Shown: positions 11,755 to 21,391 of the stretch, piece after piece
Position numbering within the stretch: position 1 is the first letter of the stretch
Layout of the letters: each line of letters opens with the position of its first letter
Source: a cyanobacterium endosymbiont of Braarudosphaera bigelowii
GTDB taxonomy: Bacteria > Cyanobacteriota > Cyanobacteriia > Cyanobacteriales > Microcystaceae
Direction of reading: 5' to 3'
Assembly: GCF_020885515.1 (NCBI RefSeq)
Contig: NZ_AP024987.1
Span: 90,001 to 122,000 of the forward strand
DNA length: 32,000 nt
Made by a program: the position numbers and the translations under genes
Notes under the pieces: generated by a model
Told to the model about the DNA's origin: nothing
What the model saw: only the letters and a program-made list of their open reading frames with translations
Database searches by the model: none

Positions 11755-11786
11755 GAACCCAGCAGTCTACTGCTGGGTTCTCTTTA
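11755..11786 (+). terminator. Rho-independent terminator after rpmE
   Basis: A perfect 11-bp GC-containing stem, GAACCCAGCAG (11755-11765) with CTGCTGGGTTC (11770-11780), closes a 4-nt TCTA loop. It is followed by the T-rich tract TCTTTATCT. Confidence 0.75.
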
Positions 11787-11821
11787 TCTATAAAATAATA
11801 ACAGTACATCATAAAAATACT

Positions 11822-12925
11822 ATGGCTGAATCATATTTATTAAATAAATTATATTCTGTTGAACAAACTTTTAATGAATTAACTCGTAGGTTAGCTGATC
11901 CTAGTATTGCCACAGATCCAAGTGAATTACAAAAGGTTGCTAAAGCCCGTTCTTCTCTAGAAGAAACAGTCCATGCTTATGAAGAATGGAAACAAACTGA
12001 GAAAGAACTTTCGGAAACAAAGCAAATTGTAAAAGATGCTGGAGGAGATCACGAAATGAGAGAAATGGCATCTATGGAAGCTAAGGAATTAGAAATAAAA
12101 CTAAATAATTTAGAAGAGTTAATGAAAGTTCTTTTACTTCCTCGTGATCCGAATGATGATAAAAATATTATGTTAGAAATTAGAGCAGGTACTGGAGGAG
12201 ATGAAGCTGGTATTTGGGCTGGTGATTTGGCGAGAATGTATTCACGCTTTGCAGAATCTCAAAAGTGGCAAGTTAAATTAGTAAATGAATCTCTCGCTGA
12301 TATGGGCGGTATTAAGGAAACTATACTTGAGATAACTGGGGATAAAGTGTACAGTAAGTTGAAATTTGAAGCAGGAGTACATAGAGTCCAAAGGGTTCCA
12401 GTTACAGAAGCTGGTGGAAGAGTTCATACCTCGACAGCAACAGTAGCTATTATGCCAGAAGTAGATGAAGTAGAAATAGAAATTGATGCAAAAGATATAG
12501 ATATGAGTACAGCTCGATCTGGAGGTGCCGGAGGACAAAATGTTAATAAGGTTGAGACAGCTGTGGATTTATTTCATAAACCTACAGGTATTAGAATTTT
12601 TTGTACTGAAGAGAGATCACAATTGCAGAATAGAGAAAGAGCTATGCAAATCTTAAGAGCAAAATTATACGAAACTAAGCTAAGAGAACAGCAAGAGGAG
12701 ATAAGTTCAATAAGAAAATCTCAAGTAGGAACAGGTTCAAGATCAGAAAAAATTCGTACTTATAACTATAAAGACAATAGAGTAACAGATCACCGATTGG
12801 GACAGAATTTTGCTTTGTCAGGAATTTTAGAAGGTGATATTGATATTTTAATAGAATCATGTATATCCCAAGATCAACAAGAACGCTTACTAGAGCTAGC
12901 AGATTCTTCAGCAATGACAGAGTAA
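11822..12925 (+). CDS. prfA: peptide chain release factor 1
   Basis: It has the GGQ motif ([16 protein letters not shown]) and an RF1-type PVT tripeptide ([14 protein letters not shown]). Confidence 0.93.
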   Translation: MAESYLLNKLYSVEQTFNELTRRLADPSIATDPSELQKVAKARSSLEETVHAYEEWKQTEKELSETKQIVKDAGGDHEMREMASMEAKELEIKLNNLEELMKVLLLPRDPNDDKNIMLEIRAGTGGDEAGIWAGDLARMYSRFAESQKWQVKLVNESLADMGGIKETILEITGDKVYSKLKFEAGVHRVQRVPVTEAGGRVHTSTATVAIMPEVDEVEIEIDAKDIDMSTARSGGAGGQNVNKVETAVDLFHKPTGIRIFCTEERSQLQNRERAMQILRAKLYETKLREQQEEISSIRKSQVGTGSRSEKIRTYNYKDNRVTDHRLGQNFALSGILEGDIDILIESCISQDQQERLLELADSSAMTE

Positions 12926-13186
12926 CAGATTATCTACACTTTTTAAGTCACTAATCAATATTCATTTTTAAAATTTGGAGTAGATAAAAAAGCCAAAGTA
13001 GTAAATTGAAATATACATCATTTAATTCATGATTAAATAAAATATTAAGATAAGTACGTAAAACAAAATATTATTCAAAATTAATTGCTAAAAGTTTCAA
13101 AAATACTCAAAACTATGCCTTATCATAACAAAGGCTTGAATAAGTTTACAAAAGTAAAACTAATATATCTAAGAAGTTAAAAACTA

Positions 13187-14227
13187 TTAACTATGGTTTT
13201 TATTATTTCGATAATATTCATGAGTTAAGAAAGGTACTCGGAAAAGTTCTCCTCTAGTATTATTTACACTTACATGCAAATTAGCTTTTCCTATTTTTGC
13301 TTTAATGTAAGCTAAACCCCAAAAATCTTTATTTATCTGAATACAACTTGTTAAAACTCCGACTTTATCTCCATTTACATATATGGGATTAGGCACGTTA
13401 ATTAGTTGACTTAATTTTATACCCCACAAATATTGTTTTACGCCGTGATAAGTGTTCAGTCTCGCTATAGTCTCTTGACCAATATAACAACCCTTCTCAA
13501 AGGAAATCTTAGACCATAAACCTGCCTCTAAAGGATTATAAGTCTCAGTTAACTCATTATTAGGAAATGGTCTTCCCTGACGAATTCTTAATTTTTCCCA
13601 TACATTGTTACTAGCAGGTAAAAAATTACACCCTATAAGTTCTTTTAAAATTGTTTTTGCATAGTTTTTAGATGTGATTATTGTACATCCAGGAAGAGCT
13701 AAGCCATTATTTAAAGCAACTATTATACGGTTATTCTTTATGTTTAAGATACTATAAACATCAAGACGAGAATTAGATATATTCTTAAAATCACAGTTCC
13801 ATTTTTGTAATTTTTGAGCTACTTGGGGACCAACCAGACTAAAAACAGCATTTTCATGAGAAATATCTACTAATTGCACTTTGTCCATTGGGAAAATATA
13901 GCGTTCCATCCAATCTAGAAGAAGAGAACGCCGATTAGGAGAAACTAATAATAATATTTCATTTTCCATTATGTAAGCAGTAGCAAGATCTAAAGTTCTT
14001 CCAATAGAATTTATAAAAATAGTCTCACATAATTGTTTTGGTTTGAGATCTTTAATATTATTGGTAGATAGATTGTGTAGAAATTTTAATCTATCTTCTC
14101 CTGTAATTTTCAAAAGTCCCCAGTGACTCATATCAATCACTATTGCGTTGCTATATGCTTCTTGAAAAACATAATATTCATTGTTAAAATCTTTCTGAGA
14201 ACTATCTAGTTTTTGTAGCATAATCAA
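13187..14227 (-). CDS. ygfZ: YgfZ/GcvT-family folate-binding protein
   Basis: A 346-aa protein with a GcvT-like N-terminal region (LLKITGEDRLKFLHNLSTN). It also has the family signature KGCYIGQETIARL near the C-terminal domain. Confidence 0.7.
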   Translation of the reverse strand: MIMLQKLDSSQKDFNNEYYVFQEAYSNAIVIDMSHWGLLKITGEDRLKFLHNLSTNNIKDLKPKQLCETIFINSIGRTLDLATAYIMENEILLLVSPNRRSLLLDWMERYIFPMDKVQLVDISHENAVFSLVGPQVAQKLQKWNCDFKNISNSRLDVYSILNIKNNRIIVALNNGLALPGCTIITSKNYAKTILKELIGCNFLPASNNVWEKLRIRQGRPFPNNELTETYNPLEAGLWSKISFEKGCYIGQETIARLNTYHGVKQYLWGIKLSQLINVPNPIYVNGDKVGVLTSCIQINKDFWGLAYIKAKIGKANLHVSVNNTRGELFRVPFLTHEYYRNNKNHS

Positions 14228-14418
14228 TATTTTTATTATAGGTTTAACATATCATTAAACTTTGTTAACGCAATATGAGCGTAGTATTATTTATATCTGA
14301 ATTTTACTAATTAGATCAACTTATATAAGTGAAAATTTGTGGTAAGTGTTGAGATTAACTGTATGTCATGTCAAATTTAGTAATTAAGTATTAAATAAAA
14401 TTACCAATGTTTTTAAAA

Positions 14419-15198
14419 CTAGGGCATCCATTCTAATAAAATACTTACTTGACTATCCTTTTTTACTCGTGAATTTTGTTTTTTTATTTCGGTTGATAAA
14501 CGCATATTTGATGTTACTGCATAACCAAAAGATAAATTAATAACCCCTACTTCATCGGTACTTCCAGGAGATAAAAATGTCTGAGTTATCGAAATATCAG
14601 ATGCTCCAGACCTGGATAAGGCAATAATTAATTTTCCTCCAATATTTAGGCCGTCTTCACTATAATTATTTGTGCTAACAGTTCTATAACCTAAAAGTGG
14701 AGCAACATTAAAATAATATCCTAGAGGCAATAAATAATATTGTAAATCTATACCTCCTGCATCCCTTTTCGTAAAAGAGGTCTGATAATCGCCACTTATG
14801 CTAAGGCCTTTCTTCCCAAAAAAAATATCTTGTGCTTTAACAATAAAGCCACCATCATGCTGATTAGACGGAAATTCGGAATAACCTAGTCCAATACGAG
14901 TTTTAAAACTAGGATTATATTTAATTTCCTCTAAAATATTCGGAATTTCTTTAGTCCATCGTTGTAAAACCTTACTGCTATTAACTATTTCTGAAGATAA
15001 ACCAAGGGACTGATTAATCGAATCATTAAGATCTAAATTAGAGTTAGGATAAATATCCTGACCGTAAATTTTTTTATTAAATGAACTAAATAAAATTAGA
15101 AAAGTAATGATAATGAAGAAATTCAATTTAAATAATATTTTATTGCTCCTCATAGTCAAATAAATATTATTTACTAAGTTAAATCTAGAATTACACAT
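14419..15198 (-). CDS. hypothetical secreted or outer-membrane beta-barrel-like protein
   Basis: It has an N-terminal hydrophobic signal-like segment (ILFKLNFFIIITFLILFSS); the true start may be the internal Met at 15153. The C-terminal half shows alternating polar and hydrophobic, G/Y/S-rich strands. I recognise no family. Confidence 0.45.
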   Translation of the reverse strand: MCNSRFNLVNNIYLTMRSNKILFKLNFFIIITFLILFSSFNKKIYGQDIYPNSNLDLNDSINQSLGLSSEIVNSSKVLQRWTKEIPNILEEIKYNPSFKTRIGLGYSEFPSNQHDGGFIVKAQDIFFGKKGLSISGDYQTSFTKRDAGGIDLQYYLLPLGYYFNVAPLLGYRTVSTNNYSEDGLNIGGKLIIALSRSGASDISITQTFLSPGSTDEVGVINLSFGYAVTSNMRLSTEIKKQNSRVKKDSQVSILLEWMP

Positions 15199-15213
15199 CT
15201 TAAATACAAATAT

Positions 15214-15693
15214 TTAATTTAAATGTTTAATCGAGTCAAATGAAAAATTGCCAACCGTCGTCAAAATAATTTGACGACTTATATCACTAATATAGAAAAA
15301 ATCTATTTTTAGGTAGTTAAGAGGAAGATAAGATAGCCTTTCTGGCCATTCAATAACAGTTATACCAGGTGAGATATCTTGTTCTTCCCAATATTGTTCC
15401 AGAAATAAATCTTCCACCATATTTTTTTCAGTTCGATATAAATCGAGATGATAGAGAGGTAAATGGCCTTGATAGTATTCGTTAATTAGAATAAAAGTAG
15501 GGCTAACAATAGGATCAATAATACCTAATCCTTTGCCTATTCCTTGGACAAAAGTAGTTTTTCCTGCTCCTAAATCACCTGTTAATAGTAAGGTACTATT
15601 TTCAGGTAGAATTTTTCCTAATTGTTCACCAAAATCTAAGGTGCCTTGATAACTTTCTAAAACTATGGATTTATGGTTAATTCTTTTTTCCAT
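15214..15693 (-). CDS. tsaE: tRNA t6A37 biosynthesis ATPase TsaE
   Basis: It has the P-loop GDLGAGKTTFVQG followed by SPTFILINEY...LYHLDLYR, which is typical of TsaE/YjeE. It starts 6 nt after the rnz stop. Confidence 0.85.
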   Translation of the reverse strand: MEKRINHKSIVLESYQGTLDFGEQLGKILPENSTLLLTGDLGAGKTTFVQGIGKGLGIIDPIVSPTFILINEYYQGHLPLYHLDLYRTEKNMVEDLFLEQYWEEQDISPGITVIEWPERLSYLPLNYLKIDFFYISDISRQIILTTVGNFSFDSIKHLN

Positions 15694-15699
15694 ATAAAT

Positions 15700-16668
15700 T
15701 TAACCAATAGATTTTAATTTTATTGACTTATTTTGTTCAATATGTCTTGGTATGCTGCATGTCATAAAATCACGGGCAAGAATAGTATCCGGAAAAATAG
15801 CTTTTGCTTCACTTAGTAAATCACTTAATTGTAAACTGTTTCCTGGCGCATAACGAGGGCTGAAATGAGTAAGTATCAACTTTTTAACTTTTGCACCTAA
15901 GGCAACTTGTGCAGCCATTGTTGAAGTAGAATGTAGACGTTCAAACGCAAGTTGGGAATCTTGATGAGCAAATGTTGCTTCATGAATTAAAATGTCAGCA
16001 TCTTTAGCCAACTCGACTGCTTCTTCGCAAAATATTGTATCTGTACAATAAATTAGTTTGCGTCCTTTCTCTGTTTTACCACATAAATCTTGTCCTCTAA
16101 TTGAGCGACCATCATCTAATTTAATGATTTTTCCCTGTTTTAACTCACCATAGATTGGTCCAGGAGGAATACCCAAAGAAACAGCTTTTTTTATATCGAA
16201 ACGTCCAGGACGATCTTTTTCCACGACACAATATCCAAAAGCCGGTATGCGATGTTTCAAGAGTCTGCAATCAACAGTAAATTCGTCATCTTCGTAAAGA
16301 ATTCCTGAACTGATCTCATTAACACGAATACCATATGGCAGTTTGAAATGAGAATATTGTGCACAAGATCTTAAATAATTATCTAATTCTTGAGGACCAT
16401 AGATTTGAATAGGCTGTCGATTGCCTGCTAAATTACAACTAGCTATTAATCCCAACAGGCCATAAATATGGTCTCCATGCATGTGAGTAATAAAAATTTT
16501 AGTTATTTGAGAAGCTTTGACATCACTTCGTAACAATTGATGCTGAGTTCCCTCTCCGCAGTCAAACAACCAAACTTCTCCTCTTTGAGGAAGGCGCAAA
16601 GCTACGCTTGAGACATTACGTGATCGGGTTGGTACACCAGAACTAGTTCCTAAAAAGGTTATCTCCAC
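15700..16668 (-). CDS. rnz: ribonuclease Z (tRNA 3' endonuclease)
   Basis: MEITFLGTSSGVPTRSRNVSSVALRL is a typical RNase Z N-terminus. The metallo-beta-lactamase motif HMHGDH is present, and the length is 322 aa. Confidence 0.9.
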   Translation of the reverse strand: MEITFLGTSSGVPTRSRNVSSVALRLPQRGEVWLFDCGEGTQHQLLRSDVKASQITKIFITHMHGDHIYGLLGLIASCNLAGNRQPIQIYGPQELDNYLRSCAQYSHFKLPYGIRVNEISSGILYEDDEFTVDCRLLKHRIPAFGYCVVEKDRPGRFDIKKAVSLGIPPGPIYGELKQGKIIKLDDGRSIRGQDLCGKTEKGRKLIYCTDTIFCEEAVELAKDADILIHEATFAHQDSQLAFERLHSTSTMAAQVALGAKVKKLILTHFSPRYAPGNSLQLSDLLSEAKAIFPDTILARDFMTCSIPRHIEQNKSIKLKSIG

Positions 16669-16781
16669 AGTTAGTTTGTATTATTTATATACTCTTACTA
16701 ATGTTACATAGTAAAATCAAAAAAAGAACCAATTCTTAAAAAAATATGCATACTTAATTTTTAAGAACAGATAACTAATAT

Positions 16782-18161
16782 CTATTCCAAGAGTGTTCTA
16801 ACTGTACCATCCGGAATTAATACAAGACGAATTGATTGATTATGCAACGTTTTTAACGGGGAAACAAAGGGGGAACCAATCTCTGGAAATTCCACTTGAG
16901 AACGATAGACCATTGCTAAATGTCCTAGAGGAATACTTTTTTTCAAAGAGCCGTTATTTTCGATAATTAAGCGATATTCTATTGCTTGTTCCAAATTTTC
17001 TAAAGGCTTCCATCTTTCTTGGAAATATTTTTGAATTTCATCAAGCTGAGCAACAGTATTAGATGGTTTATTCATTTTTTTGTCTTCTGAATGTAAGAAA
17101 TTATCAGATTTATCTGTTTTTTTAAAAACTCTTCTTGCAACTAAAGTTTCTTTATTTAATATTGGTGGAGTAGGTAATCTAGAGTATTGTGATGATGTCT
17201 TAGAATAAGATAAAGGATTAATATTACTAGAATTATTAGCATTATTTTCATTAATATTTTCATCAATTGGTAACATATTCTCTTGAAAAGAAGAGTGTGA
17301 TGAATTTTTCAATGGGGATTGGATTGCCAAAGAATTAAATTTGTTTAGCGGCAGTATTGACTCAATAATTTCTTCAGGAGGTGATAATGTAGATATTTCA
17401 GATAATGATGGTGGCAAAGATGGAGAAGGCAAGGAAGGTTTGGGTAGTGGAGGAACAGGAGGAACAACGTCTAAGAATGAAAGGATATTCTTTTGAGATT
17501 TTACTGGTTTCTCTTTATATACATGTTTTGATTTTAATATTCTATTGATCTTAATTCCAGTAACGAAAAAAACAATAAATATAGATATAATTATTATTTT
17601 TTTATTGAAAGTAAAAAATTGACTGTTGAAGTAAGTTTCTTTTCGACTTGTTAATTTAGTTATATTATGAATATATTTTTCTAAAGCATATAAAAGATCA
17701 AATAATTGACAAGAATTAAGTGTAATGAATGAGCAAGTGTGATTATTTGCTAAATATCCAAAAACAAGATTATGAGTAAATAAATTATCGGAGAACAGAT
17801 AAGGATCTAATTTAGAATTGTTTTTGCTCGATCCTTTAATATTGGGATTAATTGATGAATAACAATGTATTGAGCTGTTTTGCTTATTATCAGAAATTAT
17901 AAAGGAAGAAGTATAGTTAAGATTTCTATTTATGTAAGACTGAACAGTATCGTATAGTGACCTTAGTTGAGAGTGATTGCCTGAAATACTCATCTGGTCC
18001 TCTACTAAAAGTTTAGGATCATCAAATAGTAACTCAAATTCAATATCGTCCAATAATATCGGCTTTTGCAAACGACGTAGAAAAGAGCGCTTATCCCATA
18101 TTTTTAAAGTACAGGTGGGTGGCGTAAAGGTTTGTAAAAGGTTATTACTCAACAATATCAT
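16782..18161 (-). CDS. cyanobacteria-type unknown-function protein (DUF4335-like N-terminus, one TM helix, Pro-rich linker, C-terminal domain)
   Basis: The N-terminal PPTCTLKIW... motif recalls the DUF4335 family; this is from memory and not searched. It has a hydrophobic helix (IIIISIFIVFFVTGI) and the proline-rich run VVPPVPPLPKPSLPSPSLPPSLS. Its start overlaps the upstream gene by 17 nt. Confidence 0.55.
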   Translation of the reverse strand: MILLSNNLLQTFTPPTCTLKIWDKRSFLRRLQKPILLDDIEFELLFDDPKLLVEDQMSISGNHSQLRSLYDTVQSYINRNLNYTSSFIISDNKQNSSIHCYSSINPNIKGSSKNNSKLDPYLFSDNLFTHNLVFGYLANNHTCSFITLNSCQLFDLLYALEKYIHNITKLTSRKETYFNSQFFTFNKKIIIISIFIVFFVTGIKINRILKSKHVYKEKPVKSQKNILSFLDVVPPVPPLPKPSLPSPSLPPSLSEISTLSPPEEIIESILPLNKFNSLAIQSPLKNSSHSSFQENMLPIDENINENNANNSSNINPLSYSKTSSQYSRLPTPPILNKETLVARRVFKKTDKSDNFLHSEDKKMNKPSNTVAQLDEIQKYFQERWKPLENLEQAIEYRLIIENNGSLKKSIPLGHLAMVYRSQVEFPEIGSPFVSPLKTLHNQSIRLVLIPDGTVRTLLE

Positions 18162-18759
18162 GAAGGTTTTGAATAGAATTTAACGAGCTATAGTTTAATG
18201 AGGTTAACCACAAACGAATATATCCATTATCTGAACTGTAAAACAATAAGTCTAATAATAGCTTGGAAGCAAATTGAAATTCTTCTTCAATGGATAGTTT
18301 CTTGGTTCCTTTCATCTTACAATTATAATAGTAATTAAAATTACTAAAGTATTTACCAAGTAATTTACTCTCTTTTGGGTCTTTATTTTGCTCGGTCATT
18401 TGTTCAAGTAAAGTAACTGCTCTTCGGATTAATTCCTGATGTTGCCCAATAACATAACATATAAGAATTATTGACAATCTTGTTTGTCTCGCAGTGCAAC
18501 CTTTCAAGAAGTCTCGAGATTCTTTAATATCTTGATTAGACCACAGTTTAATTTCTTTTGATAAGTATGTATTAATTCCTAGATCCAAAGAAGATCTAAA
18601 TATTGTGTCTGCAGTAATAGGAATTAAGGACTCACTAGCTAGCAAAACTATATCTAAATAAACATGAATATAGCTAAGTTTTTCAGTGATAGAGAACTTA
18701 CTTAAGGGTTCATTTACCCAACGGTCTATTATGACAGAATTAGTAATAATTAAAGACAT
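18145..18759 (-). CDS. cyanobacteria-type unknown-function protein (DUF3038-like)
   Basis: A 204-aa soluble, helical protein. The family assignment is from memory of DUF3038 and DUF4335 genes lying adjacent in cyanobacteria, and has not been searched. Its stop overlaps the next gene's start. Confidence 0.45.
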   Translation of the reverse strand: MSLIITNSVIIDRWVNEPLSKFSITEKLSYIHVYLDIVLLASESLIPITADTIFRSSLDLGINTYLSKEIKLWSNQDIKESRDFLKGCTARQTRLSIILICYVIGQHQELIRRAVTLLEQMTEQNKDPKESKLLGKYFSNFNYYYNCKMKGTKKLSIEEEFQFASKLLLDLLFYSSDNGYIRLWLTSLNYSSLNSIQNLHDIVE

Positions 18760-19071
18760 ATAATATTTTTCGAACTAAATTGACTATTAAATCTTACAAA
18801 CAATTATTCTTGACAAGAATAATTTAAACGAATTCAAAAATAATTTGCACTTAACTCTAAAAAACAAAATAAAAACATATTAATATTTTCTTTAAATCAA
18901 TTTAACTATAAGATATTTGTTTTTATATTAACCAGGAAAGAAAGATACTCTATTTTTAATTTATGGACAATATACATATTTTCCAAAATAGAAATTTCAA
19001 TATCTTCGCCTATCTTCATTTAACATTGATAGAATATGAAGTAATGACAAATTTCCAGAACTATAATATCT

Positions 19072-20448
19072 ATGAAAATAACCCAGGAAAAACTTCCTAA
19101 CAGTCAAATCGGTTTAGAAATTGAAATCCCTGCCGAAACCGCTAAGAAAGCTTATGAAATCAAGATTGACACTTTGGCCCGTACCGCCAACATTCCTGGG
19201 TTTCGAAAAGGGAAAGTACCTCGTACTATTCTTTTACAACGTTTAGGCAATCGCTACGTTAAAGCAACCACTTTAGAAGAATTAGTACAAGATAGCTTAA
19301 AGAAAGCTATCGACAAAGAATCTATAAAGGCTATAGGTAACTATACTCTACAAGACAATTTAGATAAGTTAATTGATGAATTTCAACCTGGACAGCCTTT
19401 TACATTTTCAGCCCGAATAGATGTTCCTCCTTCAGTTGAACTAGGAATGTATAAAGAATTATCTATAAAGGCAGAAGAAAAAAATTATGATATAGAACAA
19501 GTTGAAAATTGGTTGAAAGAACGTCGAGAAAAACTAGCGACTTTAGTTCCTATTGAGGATCGCCATTCCCAAATGGGTGATGTAGCTATAGTTGACTACA
19601 AAGGTTTTCTAATCTCTGAAGGAATAGTAGCAGAACAACCAATTGAAGGCGTAGAGGGAAAAGATTTTCGCGTTGACCTCGAAAAGGGAAAATTTATTGA
19701 GGGAATGGTTGAGGGATTACTAGAAATGAAACCTGGAGAGTCTAAGGAATTACCATTAGTTTTTCCAGATGACTATCCTAGAGAAGATTTAGCTAAAAAA
19801 TCTGTTAATTTTGCTATCAAGCTAAAAGAACTAAAAGCCAAAGAATTACCTGAATTAGACGATGACTTTGCTGATGAAGTTAGCGAATTTGAAACCATAA
19901 GTCAATTACAAGAATCTCTAGAAAAACAATTTATCGAATCTGCTAAGTCAGAAACTCAAAGTAATATCCATAATGCAATTACAGAAGAGCTAAATAAAAA
20001 CTGTACTGTAGATCTCCCTGATACTTTAGTGCAAGAGGAAATTACTAAGCTTTTAACGCAAACAGCAATGAAAATGGAAGAAATGGGAGTTGACTTAGCA
20101 GAAGTCTTTAACCAGGAAAATTTACCTAACTTGAGAAAAAATGCTCATCCCGAAGCTGTAGAAAGACTTAAAAAAATTCTTATTCTTAAAGAAATAGCTT
20201 CCATTGAAGCTATTACAGTAGAAGAGGAAGAAATTGAAAAGAAAAATAATGAGTTTAAAGAAAAGCTCAAGGGGCAAAATATTGACCTTGACAAATTATA
20301 TGTGACAGTAAAAGAACAACTGATGGTCGAAAAAACTTTAAATTGGTTACAAGAAAAATCAACAATTGAACTATGTGAATCGGGCAGTTTAGAGATAAAA
20401 AATAAAGATGACTTAGATACTACTGAAGAGATAATGTCGGAAGTTTAA
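19072..20448 (+). CDS. tig: trigger factor
   Basis: The N-terminal ribosome-binding motif GFRKGKVP is present. A central FKBP-like region contains DVAIVDYKGF. The length of 458 aa fits trigger factor. Confidence 0.92.
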   Translation: MKITQEKLPNSQIGLEIEIPAETAKKAYEIKIDTLARTANIPGFRKGKVPRTILLQRLGNRYVKATTLEELVQDSLKKAIDKESIKAIGNYTLQDNLDKLIDEFQPGQPFTFSARIDVPPSVELGMYKELSIKAEEKNYDIEQVENWLKERREKLATLVPIEDRHSQMGDVAIVDYKGFLISEGIVAEQPIEGVEGKDFRVDLEKGKFIEGMVEGLLEMKPGESKELPLVFPDDYPREDLAKKSVNFAIKLKELKAKELPELDDDFADEVSEFETISQLQESLEKQFIESAKSETQSNIHNAITEELNKNCTVDLPDTLVQEEITKLLTQTAMKMEEMGVDLAEVFNQENLPNLRKNAHPEAVERLKKILILKEIASIEAITVEEEEIEKKNNEFKEKLKGQNIDLDKLYVTVKEQLMVEKTLNWLQEKSTIELCESGSLEIKNKDDLDTTEEIMSEV

Positions 20449-20915
20449 TTTTTTATAACTATACATATTGTAGAGGTATTAATAATATTATCCTCTACTA
20501 CTTAGTATTCGCTAAAAAACTTATACACAAGTTTTTTATATGAAAGAAATGTAGTTCATTAAAAATCTAAAAATAACTACTATGAAGATTAACTGTTAGA
20601 TGTCTTAATTATAATAATTTTTGTTTAAAGTTATTATAATCAATAATATTTAACATATTATGTTAAATATTAATATTTCTATGAAAAAATTATCTGATTG
20701 ATGAAATTACGTAACTGTTTGATCTACTGATTAATCTTTCCTTATGTTGTCTTTCAAAACAAAAGTATATTTACAATACTCTATATAAACTTTATTTGTT
20801 TTTAATACGGTTTATAGATTTTTATTCTTAATGATACTTAAAAGCTATAGTTATAAGTTTTATGAGAGAATAACGTACATTAAAAGTATAATTTATAATA
20901 GGACCTCTATTTAGA

Positions 20916-21380
20916 ATGTTTACAACTAACTCAATTTCTGAAACCTCTGATATTACTGACAATGACTATTGTGTATTTGGATTAGCCACTTGCTTTTTAA
21001 AAAATGATGGAGAATTCGATAAAATTCAGATTATTGAACCTATTCCGTCATCAGCACTAGAAATACTTCTTAAAGGTATTCCAACTTCTTACGAACTTAT
21101 TTGTGCCATGCCTATTGGAAGCATTATAAAGGATAAATCATTGACAAAAACTGTAGATTTTCCTGAAAAGGCAAAATTTTGTGATCTATTTATTGAACGT
21201 ACTGCTGCTGCTGTAAGGACATATAAAAGGAATTCTCATATTTGTTCTCAGTTTTCTTTAGGAAGTATTAAGAAAGATCTAAATTTTTCTTTAGAAAAGA
21301 AGAGAGTGTTGAATACAATACATTCAGTTACGGTAGAAGATAATGTTAAACAACATTCTCATACTCATGCTACCCTCTAA
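20916..21380 (+). CDS. hypothetical protein
   Basis: A 154-aa ORF with non-repetitive composition. There is no clear Shine-Dalgarno sequence and I recognise no family. Its stop lies only 11 nt from the convergent miaB stop. Confidence 0.4.
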   Translation: MFTTNSISETSDITDNDYCVFGLATCFLKNDGEFDKIQIIEPIPSSALEILLKGIPTSYELICAMPIGSIIKDKSLTKTVDFPEKAKFCDLFIERTAAAVRTYKRNSHICSQFSLGSIKKDLNFSLEKKRVLNTIHSVTVEDNVKQHSHTHATL

Positions 21381-21391
21381 GTCATAAAATA

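Noticed and set aside
115-12914. There are many antisense or out-of-frame track ORFs inside the ribosomal and prfA block. Examples are 115-342(-), 609-794(-), 1241-1504(-), 2272-2457(-), 2942-3199(-), 3638-3886(-), 3724-3924(-), 4386-4607(-), 4762-4974(-), 5029-5283(-), 5701-5961(-), 7373-7594(-), 12278-12538(-) and 12675-12914(-).
   Set aside because: Each lies wholly inside a confidently identified, highly conserved gene on the opposite strand. Their translations are low-complexity and resemble no family, so they are shadow ORFs.
16733-16767. A 10-bp inverted repeat, TTCTTAAAAA and TTTTTAAGAA, lies between the DUF4335-like gene and rnz. On the minus strand it is followed by a T-rich run.
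   Set aside because: The stem is almost pure A/T with a 15-nt loop. It would be very weak and is expected by chance at this base composition, so I have not called it a terminator.
18810-18815. A TTGACA hexamer lies in the divergent spacer between the DUF3038-like gene and tig. A TATAAT at 19062-19067 lies just before the tig ATG.
   Set aside because: Neither hexamer has a properly spaced partner. The TATAAT is only 5 nt from the start codon. Such matches are common in AT-rich DNA.
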